From positions 1 through 37,010 of the forward strand of contig JAGPIS010000001.1 of assembly GCA_018054835.1 (NCBI GenBank): a stretch of DNA of 37,010 nt, in the 5' to 3' direction. Shown here one piece after another: positions 36,401 to 37,010 of the stretch. The notes beneath the pieces are model-generated. The model had not been told where the DNA came from and ran no database searches. It saw only the letters and a program-made list of their open reading frames with translations. The first letter of the stretch is position 1; each line of letters starts with the position of its first letter. This DNA is from Breznakibacter sp. (GTDB taxonomy: Bacteria > Bacteroidota > Bacteroidia > Bacteroidales > Marinilabiliaceae). Made by a program: the position numbers and the translations under genes.

Positions 36401-36838
36401 ATGAATATGAAAAAGAAATTCTCCTTGTATTTAGTGGCATTGACCTTAACGTTCATGATTCCATTGACAACAAATTCACAGGAAGAAACCATCGCAAACT
36501 CTTGCAAAGATTACTTCAAAGCGCCCTTTATAGCTTCGGGACAACCCTTTAAGGCACTTTTGACAGGCAATGAAATTGCTGAATTCCATACCTCTTTTTT
36601 TGCAGGCACCACCTACCGGGTTGTGGCTTGTCCGGCAGGCGAAAACAACATTATTTTCTCGGTGTACGACAAAGACCGCAATTTGATATTCTCCAATAAG
36701 AATCATGACTTATCGCCTTTTTGGGATTTCAATGTCATGGGATCGTTGGATTGCATTGTGGAAGCACAATTGGATCCAACAAAATCCACTTCAGGCATGG
36801 CCATGATCATGGTGGGCTTCAAAGCCAACATCAAGTAA
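36401..36838 (+). CDS. Small secreted protein of unknown function (family member 2; paralogue of 19910-20365)
   Basis: Signal peptide 'KKKFSLYLVALTLTFMIPLTTNSQ'. Blocks shared with the 19910 ORF are 'AEFHTSFFAGTTYRVVAC', 'IIFSVYDKDRNLIFSNK', 'WDFNV' and 'SGMAMIMVGFK'. Confidence 0.6.
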   Translation: MNMKKKFSLYLVALTLTFMIPLTTNSQEETIANSCKDYFKAPFIASGQPFKALLTGNEIAEFHTSFFAGTTYRVVACPAGENNIIFSVYDKDRNLIFSNKNHDLSPFWDFNVMGSLDCIVEAQLDPTKSTSGMAMIMVGFKANIK

Positions 36839-36879
36839 TAATACAAAATAAAAGAACTCTTTTTTAGGGTCGACCGCTT

Positions 36880-37010
36880 ATGAGCGAAAGGATACTGAAA
36901 GCACTTATACAGCTTTTTGCATTGGTTGCTTTGCCCAGCAAGGAGGCTGAGTCGCGAAGAAAAATCGTACAATCATTTCTCAACCAACAACTCAACCAAC
37001 AACTCACGCA
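36880..37010 (+). CDS. Hypothetical protein, N-terminal fragment (runs off the window)
   Basis: The ATG at 36880 opens a frame that stays open to the window end ('MSERILKALIQLFALVALPSKEAESRRKIVQSFLNQQLNQQL'). It lies 41 nt after the preceding gene on the same strand. I recognise no family and only 43 codons are visible. Confidence 0.3.
   Translation, partial: MSERILKALIQLFALVALPSKEAESRRKIVQSFLNQQLNQQLT

Overview
This window looks like an ordinary chromosomal core region of a Bacteroidota-type genome. Supporting signs are a PPi-dependent phosphofructokinase, a serC / serA-DUF1015 cluster, a long-form YidC, a DUF349 repeat protein, TAnnTTTG -7 promoter motifs upstream of many genes, and no obvious Shine-Dalgarno sequences. 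I can support about 30 protein-coding genes. Most are housekeeping: trmD, pyrG, yidC, rsmE, pfp, uvrA, yggS, serA, serC, gcvT, clpB and a DPP-IV-type S9 peptidase. The genes are separated by clear rho-independent terminators. I found no rRNA, tRNA, CRISPR array, transposase, integrase, phage gene or recognisable defence system, and no glycine riboswitch ahead of gcvT. No striking novel system is evident. The parts worth a second look are modest. (1) A translationally coupled Hpt-STAS gene pair, reminiscent of Pseudomonas HptB/HsbA but lacking the HsbR-type component between them. (2) A lipoprotein plus small secreted protein operon whose small protein has a diverged paralogue 16 kb away in this window. 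(3) A GC-rich nested inverted-repeat element in the AT-rich spacer upstream of yggS. (4) serA-DUF1015 coupling. (5) An ECF sigma factor with a tiny non-membrane partner ORF. (6) An orphan sensor kinase. (7) An Rrf2 regulator with a three-Cys motif. (8) A divergent lipid kinase / PAP2 phosphatase pair sharing a perfect palindrome. All functional calls come from motif recognition by eye; no searches were run.
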